From contig CBDFLJ010000002.1 of NCBI GenBank assembly GCA_965248835.1, forward strand, positions 576,001 to 640,000: a stretch of DNA of 64,000 bases, read 5' to 3'. Each line of letters begins with the position of its first letter. Position 1 is the stretch's first letter. The notes below the pieces were generated by a model. That model was not told the origin of the DNA, did no database searches, and saw only the letters and a program-made list of their open reading frames with translations. The position numbers and the translations under genes were made by a program. Shown piece by piece: positions 10,141 through 21,144 of the stretch. This DNA is from Alphaproteobacteria bacterium. GTDB lineage: Bacteria > Pseudomonadota > Alphaproteobacteria > MPNO01.

Positions 10141-12015
10141 ATGTCGTTTCTCGAGCAATCGGTGTTGTTCCTGGCCGCCGCCGTGATCGCGGTGCCGGTC
10201 ACCAGGCGTCTCGGGCTGGGCGCGGTGTTGGGCTACCTGGCCGGCGGAATCGTGATCGGGCCGTGGGGCTTGGCGCTGGTCGGCGAGGTGGAGACGGTCT
10301 TCCATATCGCCGAGATCGGCGTGGTCCTGCTGCTGTTCATCATCGGACTGGAGGTCGAGCCGACGCGGCTGTGGACCATGCGGCGCTATGTCTTCGGCCT
10401 GGGCGCCGCCCAGGTGCTGCTCAGCGCCGCGGCGCTGGGACTGCTGGCGGCGCTGGCCGGCTTAGGGACCGCCGCCGCCGTGGTCGCGGGGTTCGCGCTG
10501 GCGCTGTCCTCGACCGCTTTTGCCCTGCAGCTCCTGGCCGAGAAGAAGGCGCTGACCTCGCGGCACGGGCGCGCCGCGTTCTCGGTCCTGTTGTTTCAGG
10601 ACCTTGCCGTCGTGCCGCTGCTGGCGCTGGTGCCGCTGCTGGGCGCCGGCGTCGGTGCGGGCGGCGATCCGCTATGGGCGGTGGTCGAAGCGCTGGGCGT
10701 GATCGTGCTGGTTGTCCTCATCGGCCGCTACCTGATCCGCTATGCACTGAGGATGATCGCCGCGACCGGGATCGATGAGATCTTCACCGCTGCCGCGCTG
10801 CTGACGGTGGTCGGCACCGCCCTGGTGATGGAAGCCGTCGGGTTGTCGATGGCGCTCGGCGCCTTCATCGCCGGCATGCTGCTCGCGGATTCGGACTACC
10901 GCCATGCGCTGGAGGCCGACATCGGCCCCTTCAAGGGGCTGTTGCTCGGACTGTTCTTCATCGCCGTCGGGATGAGTGTCAATGTCGGCCTGATCCTGGA
11001 GCGGCCGGTTCTGGTGCTCGCCCTGGCGGTCGGTCTGGTCGCGGTCAAGGCGGCGGTTCTGTGGCCGCTGGCCAGGCTGTTCGGCCTGGACGGCGCGCCG
11101 GCACGGCGCCTGGCGGGTACGATCTCCCAGGGCGGCGAGTTCGCCTTCGTGCTGTTCGCGCTGGCGGTGGGTGCCGGTGTCATGGAGCGGTCTCAAGTCG
11201 ATCTGCTGATCGCCGTGGTGATCGTTTCGATGGCGTTGACACCGCTCCTCCTCGAAGCAGACGAGCGGCTGATCGGCCGCCTGGGCAGCGCGCCCGCACC
11301 GGCGCCGGCCGAGCCGATCGGACAGGCGCAGACCGTGATCATCGCAGGCTTCGGCCGAGTCGGGCAGATCGTCGCTCGCACGCTGCGCGCCCGCGGCATC
11401 GCGTTCACCGCCCTGGAGATCCGTCCGGAACAGGTTGACTTCGTGCGCCGCTACGGCAACCGCATCTACTACGGCGACGCCGCGCGGCTGGAAATGCTGC
11501 GCGCGGCCAATGCCCGCAGCGCGCGCGCCATCGTGGTCGCAGTCGACGATCCGGAAGCCGCATTGCGCATCGTGCGCATCGCGAAGGTCCATTTCCCGGA
11601 AGTCGCGGTTTTCGCGCGGGCGCACGATCGCCAGCACGCCTATCGCCTGATGGACCTCGGCGCCGATGGCGTGGTGCGCGAGACCTTCCATTCGAGCCTG
11701 GTGCTCGCACGTCAGTTGCTGGCCGCACTCGGGCTGAGCGACTGGCAGAGCGAGCGCACGGTCGAAGCCTTCCGGGCGCACGACGAACGCGTGCTGGCCG
11801 AGCAGTTCGCGGTCCGCGACGATGAGCAGAAGATGATCCTGCTGACCCGGCGGGCGGCAGAGGAGCTCGAGGCGCTGTTCGGTCGCGACGCCGGACCGGA
11901 GGCCGCACCCGACGGCGGAACCCGTGCCGGTCCGCCGCCGTCGCACCGGTCGGCCGCCGGGCACGCAGACGAAAACCGCGGCGCTGCCGATGATCAGGAC
12001 CGCGGCGTTTCGTGA
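10141..12015 (+). CDS. KefB/KefC-type K+ efflux antiporter (CPA2 plus KTN domain)
   Basis: LALSSTA, LLFQD, PFKGLLLGLFFI, SQGGEFAFV, IIAGFGRVGQ KTN motif. Confidence 0.92.
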   Translation: MSFLEQSVLFLAAAVIAVPVTRRLGLGAVLGYLAGGIVIGPWGLALVGEVETVFHIAEIGVVLLLFIIGLEVEPTRLWTMRRYVFGLGAAQVLLSAAALGLLAALAGLGTAAAVVAGFALALSSTAFALQLLAEKKALTSRHGRAAFSVLLFQDLAVVPLLALVPLLGAGVGAGGDPLWAVVEALGVIVLVVLIGRYLIRYALRMIAATGIDEIFTAAALLTVVGTALVMEAVGLSMALGAFIAGMLLADSDYRHALEADIGPFKGLLLGLFFIAVGMSVNVGLILERPVLVLALAVGLVAVKAAVLWPLARLFGLDGAPARRLAGTISQGGEFAFVLFALAVGAGVMERSQVDLLIAVVIVSMALTPLLLEADERLIGRLGSAPAPAPAEPIGQAQTVIIAGFGRVGQIVARTLRARGIAFTALEIRPEQVDFVRRYGNRIYYGDAARLEMLRAANARSARAIVVAVDDPEAALRIVRIAKVHFPEVAVFARAHDRQHAYRLMDLGADGVVRETFHSSLVLARQLLAALGLSDWQSERTVEAFRAHDERVLAEQFAVRDDEQKMILLTRRAAEELEALFGRDAGPEAAPDGGTRAGPPPSHRSAAGHADENRGAADDQDRGVS

Positions 12016-12095
12016 GGCCGGCAGAGGGCTCACGGCAGCCGAGACGATCCGATACAATGGCACGCAACCGATCCGAGCACCGACAAGAGGCGCAG

Positions 12096-12518
12096 ATGGC
12101 TGAAAATGTGGTAACGGCGGACAAGCTGGAAGCCCGGCTGACCGCCAATCCGTTCAACGCCTGGATGGGTCTGCACCTGATCGCGCTCGACGAGGACGGG
12201 CTGAGGCTCGGCTTGAGATGGCGCGAGGAAATGATCTCCAACCCCGGCGCGCGGGTGACCCATGGCGGCATCCTGGGCGCGCTGATCGACGTCGCGGCGG
12301 ACTTCGCGATCGCCGCCAAGATCGGCACACCGGTCCCGACCGTCGACATGCGGGTCGATTTTCACCGCGCAGCCCGGCCCGGCGACCTGACTGCCAATGC
12401 CCGGGTTGTCCGCATCGGCGGCACGAACTCGGTCGCGGAGGCCGAGGTGCATGACGGCGAGGGCAACCTGATCGCCAGCGGCCGCGGGGTCTATTTTACC
12501 GCCGCCGCGAAATCGTAG
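12096..12518 (+). CDS. PaaI-family thioesterase (hotdog fold)
   Basis: NP...THGGILGALIDVA and TVDMRVDF motifs. Confidence 0.88.
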   Translation: MAENVVTADKLEARLTANPFNAWMGLHLIALDEDGLRLGLRWREEMISNPGARVTHGGILGALIDVAADFAIAAKIGTPVPTVDMRVDFHRAARPGDLTANARVVRIGGTNSVAEAEVHDGEGNLIASGRGVYFTAAAKS

Positions 12519-12628
12519 ACGGCGCTGCATGCTTTCGAGCGCTGGAACGGTGGGATAGACTGTTGCCCTGGCGTTCGGCGACCGACCGTACGGAACGGGG
12601 TGGAGCGGGGTAAGAGGACGGATCCCAA

Positions 12629-13111
12629 ATGGCAATCGACACCAGGGCGCTACGCGATGCGTTCGGCTGCTTCGCGACTGGTATCACGATCGTCACGACG
12701 GTGGACGGCGACGGGGCGTTCTACGGCGTGACCGCGAACTCGTTCACCTCGCTGTCGCTCGACCCGCCGCTGTGTCTGTTCTGCCTCGACTACAAGGCGA
12801 TGAGCTTCGAGGCCTTCCGGCAGACCAAGCATTTCGCGGTCAACGTCCTGGCGGAGCACCAGGAGGATCTGTCGTCCAGCTTTGCCCGGTCGAACACCGA
12901 CAAGTGGAAAGGCGTCGATTTCGAGACCTGGGCGACGGGCACCCCGATCCTGTCCGGCTGCATCGCCAACCTCGAATGCGATCTGGAGGCGATCTACGAA
13001 GGCGGCGATCACGTGATCGTGGTCGGCCGGGTCACCGAAATGGCCTATCAGGACGGCGAATGCCGGCCGTTGCTGTACTACAAGGGCCGCTACAACGCCT
13101 TGTCCGTCTGA
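12629..13111 (+). CDS. Flavin reductase family protein (HpaC/RutF-like)
   Basis: LRDAFGCFATGITIVT, ANSFTSLSLDPPL, GGDHVIVVG. Confidence 0.93.
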   Translation: MAIDTRALRDAFGCFATGITIVTTVDGDGAFYGVTANSFTSLSLDPPLCLFCLDYKAMSFEAFRQTKHFAVNVLAEHQEDLSSSFARSNTDKWKGVDFETWATGTPILSGCIANLECDLEAIYEGGDHVIVVGRVTEMAYQDGECRPLLYYKGRYNALSV

Positions 13112-13186
13112 CCGGCGGTCGGCCAAGCGCATCCACCCGATAACCGTCCGCGCGCAGCGCGGCGCGCACGTCTTCGATCCCCACCC

Positions 13187-15589
13187 TCATCGCGCCACCG
13201 GGACCAGCCGCAGCAGGCCGAACGCATCCTGCGTCTTCCGGCCGTCCAGTTGCGGCATCCTCACATACCGCCCTGCCGCCCATAGCGGGGTCAGATCCCG
13301 GTAATTCCTCGACAACGGATTGCCCGATTGGCCGGTCGCGATCACGAACAGCGAGCGGTCTAGATCGCTCAGATCATAGACCGCGCGCAGGCCCGGGCCG
13401 TGCACGCTCGCATAGGGCGCGCGCTGGTTGGAGATCCGGTTCTGCGCGCGGTTGACGGTGAAAGCCCCGCCGTCGGCCGCGATATCGATATCGCCGATCC
13501 GTTTGAGGAGCGGAATCCAGCCCAGCATCGGGTGACGAAAATGGGCGTAGTGCGCATCGCCCCAGCGCCAGGCCGCGATGTCCTCGCCATGGGCCTCGGA
13601 AAGCTCGGCGAGCGCGATGTCCAGGGAAGCGGCGAGCCTGTCCGGGCAGGATTCGCGCCGCGCGGTGCCGACGTCGTCGCACCAGGTCCCCTGGCCGCGC
13701 AGCACGTTGCGCACGAAGACCGGGCGCAGCCGCCAGGCTTGTGGAAACAGCGGTCCCAGCTCATCGGCGTAAAGCAGTCGGTTGAACGCCTTCAGCCAGG
13801 CGGTGAAGATCAGCGGCTCGGGCCGGTCCGCCGCCATGCGCCCGTCCCATCGGCGCAGCAGGTCGCGTGCGCGGGCGGCGCGCGCGCCGCCCGGCGCGAT
13901 CGCCGCCATCAGCGGCACGAGCTCGCGCGCGGCGAGCGAGAGAGCATCGGACTGCATCCCGCCGGCCTTTTCCGCCGTCGCCGATCGGCCCTGGTCGAGC
14001 ATCGCGTGGATGCGCTGCGCGCGGTATGGCGGCGTGTCCCCGGAGCCTAGGTGATAAGGGTAGTCCGGACCGACGATCGGGTGGTTCGCGTTGACGATCC
14101 GGCCGCTCGCCGGGTTGAACGATCGGGGCAGCGCCTCGAACGGGATCAGCCCGTCCCAGTCATGGCTTCCCGTCCATCCCGGCGCCGGCGCGTTGCCGTC
14201 GCCGGCGCGCCGGATCGGCACCCGGCCCGGAGCGATAAAGCCGATATTTCCGTCGATGTCGGCATAGGAGACGTTCTGTTGCGGGGCGTGAAAATGCGCC
14301 ATCGCCGCGATGAAGCCGTCCCATGATCTGGCCCGGTTGAGACGCCAGATGGCTTCGGCCGTGCGGTCGTCCGGGCGCAGTGCGGTCGCGGCCAGCGCGA
14401 CCACGTGATCCGTCCCGTCCCGGCGCATTGCCTCCGAATCGAGGTCGGAGACCACCGGTCCGTGACGGGTTGCCCGGATGGTGACGGTGATCGGCTGTTC
14501 GCCGCGAACCCCGATCGTCTCGGTGCGGATTGCGAACGGCCTGGGTCCGTCGGGGGTCAGATAGCGCCCGGCATCGGTCGGGTCGAGCTTTTCGAGGAAC
14601 AGGTCCTGGGTGTCGCTGTCGGTCGTGGTAAACCCCCAGGCGATGGTGCCGTTATGGCCGAGGATGGTCAGCGGCACCCCGGGCGCGGTCGCACCGGCAA
14701 GCGACAAGGTCGGGGTCTCGATCCGCGCGAGGTACCACAGCACCGGCGCGCGGAACCCGAGATGGGGGTCGTTGGCAAGGATCGGCCGTCCGGTCTCGGT
14801 CCGGCTGCCGGCCACCACCCAGGAATTCGACGCGGTGACCGGGGCCAGCGCGTCGGGCCAGGAGCGCATGAGCCCGGCAAAAAGCGTCCGGATCTTGTCC
14901 GGTTCCGCCGTGCCCAGGCTCGGGGCCATCTCGCGGGTCATGTCGGGCCACAAGGCATCGATCTGGTCGGGCCTCAGCCGTTCGGCCAGACGCGCGCGCA
15001 GCGCCTCGCTCCGGAGATTGCCCGACAGCCGCATCGCCATGATGCGTGCCCAGACCAGCGAGTCGGCCGGCCGCCAGGGCTCGGGACGGCCGGATATCGC
15101 GACCAGTTCCGGCGCCAGCACGCCCGGGTGGGTCTGGATGTAGGCGTTGACCCCCCTGGCGTAGGCCTCGAACGCCGACCGCGGTCCCGGCCCGAGATGC
15201 TCGAAGGCGGCCTGGGCAAGCCGGTGGAGTCCGAAGACCCGCATCCGCCGGTCGAGCGCAAGCGTCGGCTTGCCGACCAGCTCCGAGAGCCTGCCGGCGC
15301 CCAGCCGGCGCATGAACTCCATCTGGAACAGCCGATCCTGGGCATGGACGAAGCCGAGCGCGAAATAGGCATCCTGGTCGGTCTCGGCACGGATGTGGGG
15401 AATGCCATGGCGGTCGCGCAGGATCTCGACCGGCGCGGCGATGCCGGCCAGCCGGAGCGTCCCGGACGTTTGCGGCAGCGAGCTGCGCAGCCAGAGATAG
15501 CCGCCCGCCGCGGCCAGAACGACGGCCGCAAGCAGGCCGAGCAGGCCTCGCCCCAGCCATCGCCAGCGGTTGCGCCGGTGCCGGCTCAA
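13187..15589 (-). CDS. Penicillin acylase / peptidase S45 family Ntn hydrolase
   Basis: RDRHGIPHI, HAQDRLFQM, nucleophile motif SNSWVV, ANDPHL, GQSGNP; N-terminal TM anchor. Confidence 0.92.
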   Translation of the reverse strand: MSRHRRNRWRWLGRGLLGLLAAVVLAAAGGYLWLRSSLPQTSGTLRLAGIAAPVEILRDRHGIPHIRAETDQDAYFALGFVHAQDRLFQMEFMRRLGAGRLSELVGKPTLALDRRMRVFGLHRLAQAAFEHLGPGPRSAFEAYARGVNAYIQTHPGVLAPELVAISGRPEPWRPADSLVWARIMAMRLSGNLRSEALRARLAERLRPDQIDALWPDMTREMAPSLGTAEPDKIRTLFAGLMRSWPDALAPVTASNSWVVAGSRTETGRPILANDPHLGFRAPVLWYLARIETPTLSLAGATAPGVPLTILGHNGTIAWGFTTTDSDTQDLFLEKLDPTDAGRYLTPDGPRPFAIRTETIGVRGEQPITVTIRATRHGPVVSDLDSEAMRRDGTDHVVALAATALRPDDRTAEAIWRLNRARSWDGFIAAMAHFHAPQQNVSYADIDGNIGFIAPGRVPIRRAGDGNAPAPGWTGSHDWDGLIPFEALPRSFNPASGRIVNANHPIVGPDYPYHLGSGDTPPYRAQRIHAMLDQGRSATAEKAGGMQSDALSLAARELVPLMAAIAPGGARAARARDLLRRWDGRMAADRPEPLIFTAWLKAFNRLLYADELGPLFPQAWRLRPVFVRNVLRGQGTWCDDVGTARRESCPDRLAASLDIALAELSEAHGEDIAAWRWGDAHYAHFRHPMLGWIPLLKRIGDIDIAADGGAFTVNRAQNRISNQRAPYASVHGPGLRAVYDLSDLDRSLFVIATGQSGNPLSRNYRDLTPLWAAGRYVRMPQLDGRKTQDAFGLLRLVPVAR

Positions 15590-15635
15590 CCCGACCTCCG
15601 CTGTGTCCTGGCGGTGCTGACGGCCGAGACCGCGC

Positions 15636-16676
<1,041 letters not shown>

Positions 16677-16788
16677 TCAACGCGCATCTTGTATCGGTTC
16701 GCCCCAGGCACCGCAACCGCGCCCGCGACCAAGAGTTCAAAGGAAAACGGCATGGCTTTGCCAGACAAGCACGCCAAGCGGTCCAGGC

Positions 16789-17667
16789 TCAATTGAGCGA
16801 CAGGTCCTTGGCGTCGGCGCGCTCGGCCATGATCTGGCGCAGCTTGGTCAGCGCCTTGGCCTCGATCTGGCGGATCCGCTCCTTGGTGACGCCGAAGCTC
16901 TCGCCGATCTCGGCGAGCGTGTTCTTGTTCTCTTCAAGGAAGCGCCGCGTGATCACCTGCTGCTCGCGCGGGCTCAGCACCCCGATCGCATCGCGCAGCC
17001 AGGCATTGCGCACCGCGAAATCGTGGTCTTCCTGGACGATCTCCTCGGGCGAGGGGCCGGTATCGGCCAGGAAATCCTGCGCCTCGTCGCCGTCATCGCC
17101 CAGGACGCTTGCGTTGAGCGACCGGTCGGGATGCGAAAGATGGGCTTCCATCCGCTCGACCGCGGCGATCGGCACGCCGAGCTCGGTTGCAATCAGTCGG
17201 CGATCGTCGTCGCTCATCGAAACGCTGGCGTTGTCGGTCAGCTGCGCGCGCAGCCGGCGCAGGTTGAAGAACAGGCTCTTTTGCGCCGGCGTCGTGCCGA
17301 TGCGCACGATCGAGGCGTTGCGCACGATGTATTCCTGGATCGCGGCCAGGATCCACCATGTCGCGTAGGTCGAATACCGGACCTGGCGGGTGACATCGAA
17401 ACGGTTCGCCGCCTCCAGAAGGCCGATATTGCCCTCCTGGATCAGGTCGCCGATCGGCAGGCCGTAGCCGCGAAATTTGGAGGCGATGCGCACGACCAGG
17501 CGGATATGGCTGGTGACCAGCTCGTCCAACGCCTGCTGGTCGCCTTTCTCGCGCCAGCGCCGGGCGAGATTGGCCTCGTATCCGCGCTCCAGGATCGGCG
17601 CGTCCATGACGGTGGAGATGTAACGCCGGTCCGCGGGGTCGGGATAGTTGCCGCTGCCGTGTGCCAT
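16789..17667 (-). CDS. rpoH: RNA polymerase sigma-32 family factor (RpoH2-like)
   Basis: DLIQEGNIGL, YATWWI, RpoH box TTPAQKSLFFNLRR, region 4 TLAEIG...ERIRQIE. Confidence 0.88.
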   Translation of the reverse strand: MAHGSGNYPDPADRRYISTVMDAPILERGYEANLARRWREKGDQQALDELVTSHIRLVVRIASKFRGYGLPIGDLIQEGNIGLLEAANRFDVTRQVRYSTYATWWILAAIQEYIVRNASIVRIGTTPAQKSLFFNLRRLRAQLTDNASVSMSDDDRRLIATELGVPIAAVERMEAHLSHPDRSLNASVLGDDGDEAQDFLADTGPSPEEIVQEDHDFAVRNAWLRDAIGVLSPREQQVITRRFLEENKNTLAEIGESFGVTKERIRQIEAKALTKLRQIMAERADAKDLSLN

Positions 17668-17684
17668 GACTCGGATCCAATTGC

Positions 17685-17745
17685 TATCGAGTCGCTATTA
17701 TATGGCTGGCAACCAGACGCAGCAACAACAATATCGACTCGAAAC
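17685..17745. promoter_or_regulatory. Candidate operator: inverted boxes in the rpoH/marR divergent intergenic region
   Basis: TATCGAGTCGCTAT (17685-17698) and ATATCGACTCGAAAC (17731-17745) are imperfect inverted copies sharing the core TCGAGTCG.TAT. Confidence 0.45.
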
Positions 17746-17829
17746 TAATTCCTCGATTCGGCCCGTCCGGCGCATTTTTTTGCCCGTCGGGGTGGTCGGC
17801 GGATCGTTTGGGTTCTAAGTAACGCGTTC

Positions 17830-18423
17830 ATGTCCGAATGCCTGCGTATCGCCGAACTGGTCGACCGATTGGGCCGCATCGCCCACGGGCTGCAATACGC
17901 CTCCGGGTTGAACCCGGCCCAGTGGGAGGCGCTGCGGTTCATTGCCCGGGCCAACCGGTTCTCGCGCTACCCGGGCGCGATTGCCCGCTATCTGGGAACC
18001 ACGCGGGGCACCGTCTCCCAGACGCTGATCGCGCTCGAAAGCAAGGGCTATATCGCACGCTCGCGCTGTGCGGCGGACCGTCGGGCGATCGTCATCGAGC
18101 TGACGCAACAGGGACGCGTGTTGATCGAAGAGGACCCGCTGTGCCTGGTGCTGCGGGCCGCCGATGCGCTGAGCGGCGAGGCCCAGGGCCAGCTCGCCGA
18201 CGGGCTCGAAGGCCTGGTCCGCGCGGTGCAGGATGCCAAGGGCATTCCCGAGATCGGCCCGTGCCTGAGCTGCATTCATTTTCGCCCGGGCGCCGATGAC
18301 GATCCCGAGGCGGCGTGTCATTGCGCCCTCAACGACGCGCCGCTGTCGCTGGCGGAGACCCGCCAGCTCTGCATCGCGTTCCAGACGCCTCCGGTGGAGG
18401 AAGCAATCGCCGAGGCGGGCTAG
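17830..18423 (+). CDS. MarR-family regulator with Cys-rich C-terminal domain
   Basis: GLNPAQWEALRF...TVSQTL..LESKGYI..DRR winged HTH; tail CLSCIHF...CHCAL...LC. Confidence 0.88.
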   Translation: MSECLRIAELVDRLGRIAHGLQYASGLNPAQWEALRFIARANRFSRYPGAIARYLGTTRGTVSQTLIALESKGYIARSRCAADRRAIVIELTQQGRVLIEEDPLCLVLRAADALSGEAQGQLADGLEGLVRAVQDAKGIPEIGPCLSCIHFRPGADDDPEAACHCALNDAPLSLAETRQLCIAFQTPPVEEAIAEAG

Positions 18424-19427
18424 CGTTTCAGGCGCGGGAACACCGACCTGACGTTGTCCTCGAAGATCGCTTGCCGCTCGGCCGGGCCCAAATCCTGCGC
18501 GTTGTCGATATAACGCTTGGTGTCGTCGAAAGCGAAGCCGGTCTCCGGATCGATGCCGCGCACCGCCCCGACCATCTCCGAAGCGAACAGGATGTTCTTG
18601 GTCGGGATCACCTTGGTCAGCAGGTCGATGCCCGGCTGGTGATAGACGCAGGTATCGAAATAGACGTTGTCCAGCAGCAGCTCGTCCAAGGGCGGCAGGC
18701 CCATGTCCTGGGCGAGCCCGCGATAGCGCCCCCAGTGGAACGGCACCGCCCCGCCGCCGTGCGGGATGATGAACTTCAGGCTCGGGAAGTCCTGGAACAG
18801 CTTCGAGGTCAGGAACTGCATGAAGGCCGCGGTGTCTCCGTTGATGTAATGCGCGCCGGTGAAATGGAAGTTCGGGTTGCATGACGACGAGACATGGACC
18901 ATCGCCGGGACCTCGAGCTCGACCATCTTCTCGTAGAGCGGATACCACCATCGGTCGAACAGCGGCGGGTCGGTCCAATAGCCGCCGGTCGGATCGGGGT
19001 TGAGGTTGAGGCCGATGAAGCCAAGCTCGTTGACGCACCGCTCGAGCTCGGGGATGCAGTTGGCCGGCGCGACGCGTGGGACCTGCGGCAATTGGCACAC
19101 CGCAACGAAGTTCTCCGGATAGAGCGTGCAGACCCGGTGGATCATGTCGTTGCAGATCTCCGACCAGTACCGGTTTGTGGTCTCGTTGCCGTCCTGGTGG
19201 GCCATGCCGGCGGCCCGCGGCGAGAAGACGGTCAGGTCGGTGCCGCGCTCGCGCTGGAGCTTGAGCTGCGCGCCCTCGACGCTGTCTCGGATCTCATCGT
19301 CGCTGATCGAAAGGTCGAAGGGCAGAAGCTTGTGGGCCGGATCGCCCAGTCCGGCGACCTGCGCGGCGCGGTAGGTCTTCAGCACCTCGGGTGCGGTGGT
19401 GTAGTGGCCATGGCAATCGATGATCAT
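18420..19427 (-). CDS. ligJ: 4-oxalomesaconate hydratase (amidohydrolase_2)
   Basis: MIIDCHGHYTTAP, FSPRA..MAH, NLNPDP, PHGGGAVPFHWGR, FASEMVGAVRGIDPETG..FDDTKRY. Confidence 0.88.
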   Translation of the reverse strand: MIIDCHGHYTTAPEVLKTYRAAQVAGLGDPAHKLLPFDLSISDDEIRDSVEGAQLKLQRERGTDLTVFSPRAAGMAHQDGNETTNRYWSEICNDMIHRVCTLYPENFVAVCQLPQVPRVAPANCIPELERCVNELGFIGLNLNPDPTGGYWTDPPLFDRWWYPLYEKMVELEVPAMVHVSSSCNPNFHFTGAHYINGDTAAFMQFLTSKLFQDFPSLKFIIPHGGGAVPFHWGRYRGLAQDMGLPPLDELLLDNVYFDTCVYHQPGIDLLTKVIPTKNILFASEMVGAVRGIDPETGFAFDDTKRYIDNAQDLGPAERQAIFEDNVRSVFPRLKR

Positions 19428-20290
19428 CGCGTCCGTCCTGTCACTTCGAGACCTTTCTCCAGCCCGTCATAGCTGCGCACCGGGGCGGCCATCAGGAAGG
19501 TGTAGCCTTCGGCAAGCACCCGCTCGAGGTTCCCGACATTGACGTGCGGATGGCCGACGGCCACGCCGTTGGCCTTGCAGGTGGCGACGATTTCGGCCAT
19601 GGCCTCCCGCACCGCAGGGTGATCGTATTGGCGCGGGAAGCCGAGCTCCTGGCTGAGATCGCCCTCGCCGATCAGGACCGCGCCGATGCCCGGCACCGAC
19701 TTCAGCATGTCGGCGAGATTCGCGATGCCCACGGTATCCTCGATCATCAGGATCACCAGGATCTCGCCGGCGGGATCCAGCGGCCAGACATCGGCCTTCC
19801 CGTAATAGGCCTGCTGGCCGAGGCCCCAGTAGCGCGCCGCCGCCGTCGGGCCGTCGCCGCGCACCCCTGCGGGCTCGTAGCGCTCGGCCGTGCGCAGCCG
19901 CGGGTAGCGGCACGCCGCGACCGCGTTATGGGCCTGATCGACGGTGCTGACATGCGGCCAGACGATCCCGTAAACGCCGAGATCCAGCGCCTGCTTGGCG
20001 TGCCACTGGCCCTTCTCCTCGCCGTTGGTGGGGACCCGGACCATCGGGGTGACCGCCGGTGCGAGCGAGCCCTTACCGGCGATCTGCGCCCGGTTGAGCA
20101 GGTATTGGAGGCAATCCCTTAGCGCGCCGCCATCCCACGGGTTGTGCTCCATCTCGAAGACGATCCCGTCATAGCGCGTGGTCGAAAACGCGAGCGCCGT
20201 AACGACATCGGCGGTGGCGAAGGACGTGAACGCCGGCTGGCCGTTCTCCAGCGCGCCGATCACGCCGTTGAGCCGTGGCATTTCGGGCAT
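19424..20290 (-). CDS. HpcH/HpaI aldolase/citrate-lyase family protein
   Basis: VFEMEHNP, MVRVP, KQALDLG, ACRYP, MIED, LIGEGDLS; overlaps ligJ start by 4 nt. Confidence 0.88.
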   Translation of the reverse strand: MPEMPRLNGVIGALENGQPAFTSFATADVVTALAFSTTRYDGIVFEMEHNPWDGGALRDCLQYLLNRAQIAGKGSLAPAVTPMVRVPTNGEEKGQWHAKQALDLGVYGIVWPHVSTVDQAHNAVAACRYPRLRTAERYEPAGVRGDGPTAAARYWGLGQQAYYGKADVWPLDPAGEILVILMIEDTVGIANLADMLKSVPGIGAVLIGEGDLSQELGFPRQYDHPAVREAMAEIVATCKANGVAVGHPHVNVGNLERVLAEGYTFLMAAPVRSYDGLEKGLEVTGRTR

Positions 20291-20429
20291 GGACCCCCCT
20301 TTGGCGGCCTGCGGTGCGCCGCAGCGGCAGCATGCGGCATTCGATGACAGTCGGCCCCAAGCCTAGCATGATCATGCCGGCGGTGCTGCGAGAACCGCCG
20401 ACCAACGGGATATCGCGGTCCGGGCCGGC

Positions 20430-20873
20430 TCAGCCGGCCGCGCCGCGGCAGCGCTTCAGATAGGCTTCCATGCGGGCGCGCATGGGTTGGGGGATCTCGA
20501 TCGATCGGCCGGCGGAGCGCCGGCCGATCGAATTGACGATATTGACCCGGAACGCCTCCTCGCCGTCGGTGCGGCCGATGCAGGCGTAGTGGATCGACGA
20601 TCTGCCGAGCTTGGTCAACAGGAGCGAGATTTCCAATTCGTCGCCCATCCGGACCGCCTTCTTGAAATCGGCGTCGCTGTGGACGACGGGGAACATGCGG
20701 TCGTGGACGAAGAATTCGTCGGCGAACGGGATGCCCAGATGGTCGACCAGCCAGTCCTCGAACAGCGTGTTGCACATGCGGTAGAATTCGACGAAGAAGA
20801 CGATGCCCGCCGGGTCGCAATTGCTGAACTCGATACGCCTGCGGATCGAATAGAGCGGGCCGTTCTCGGACAT
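20430..20873 (-). CDS. 4-hydroxybenzoyl-CoA thioesterase-like acyl-CoA thioesterase
   Basis: IEFSNCDPAGIVFF motif, hotdog fold. Confidence 0.87.
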   Translation of the reverse strand: MSENGPLYSIRRRIEFSNCDPAGIVFFVEFYRMCNTLFEDWLVDHLGIPFADEFFVHDRMFPVVHSDADFKKAVRMGDELEISLLLTKLGRSSIHYACIGRTDGEEAFRVNIVNSIGRRSAGRSIEIPQPMRARMEAYLKRCRGAAG

Positions 20874-21144
20874 CTTGTCTCCTGGCGGCTGGGCCGGCCC
20901 ACTCTATAGTGAGCGTGCCGGGCGCGGGCAAGGCGGGCGGCGGTCATCGTCGACCAAAGCCCGGCGCGGCGTTCGATGCCCGCCCTGCGCATCTGGCACC
21001 GCTTGCGGTCTATCTGATAAGCTGCCGCCGACGAAGAGCTGTTGAGACCGACCTGGGTTCGCATGCTTGAAGCGATGCCGAACAGCGCTGCCCGCCGCGC
21101 CACGCCGCGGCGGTGAGTCGAGCCGTCCAACCGCGCCCGCAGGC

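Noticed and set aside
11880-12015. C-terminal extension of the Kef antiporter
   Set aside because: Short low-complexity tail with no motif; probably stop-codon drift.
20993-21008. TGGCAC...TTGC sigma54-like site upstream of livH; a similar one near 56847
   Set aside because: Wrong -24/-12 spacing at the first site and a poor -12 element at the second.
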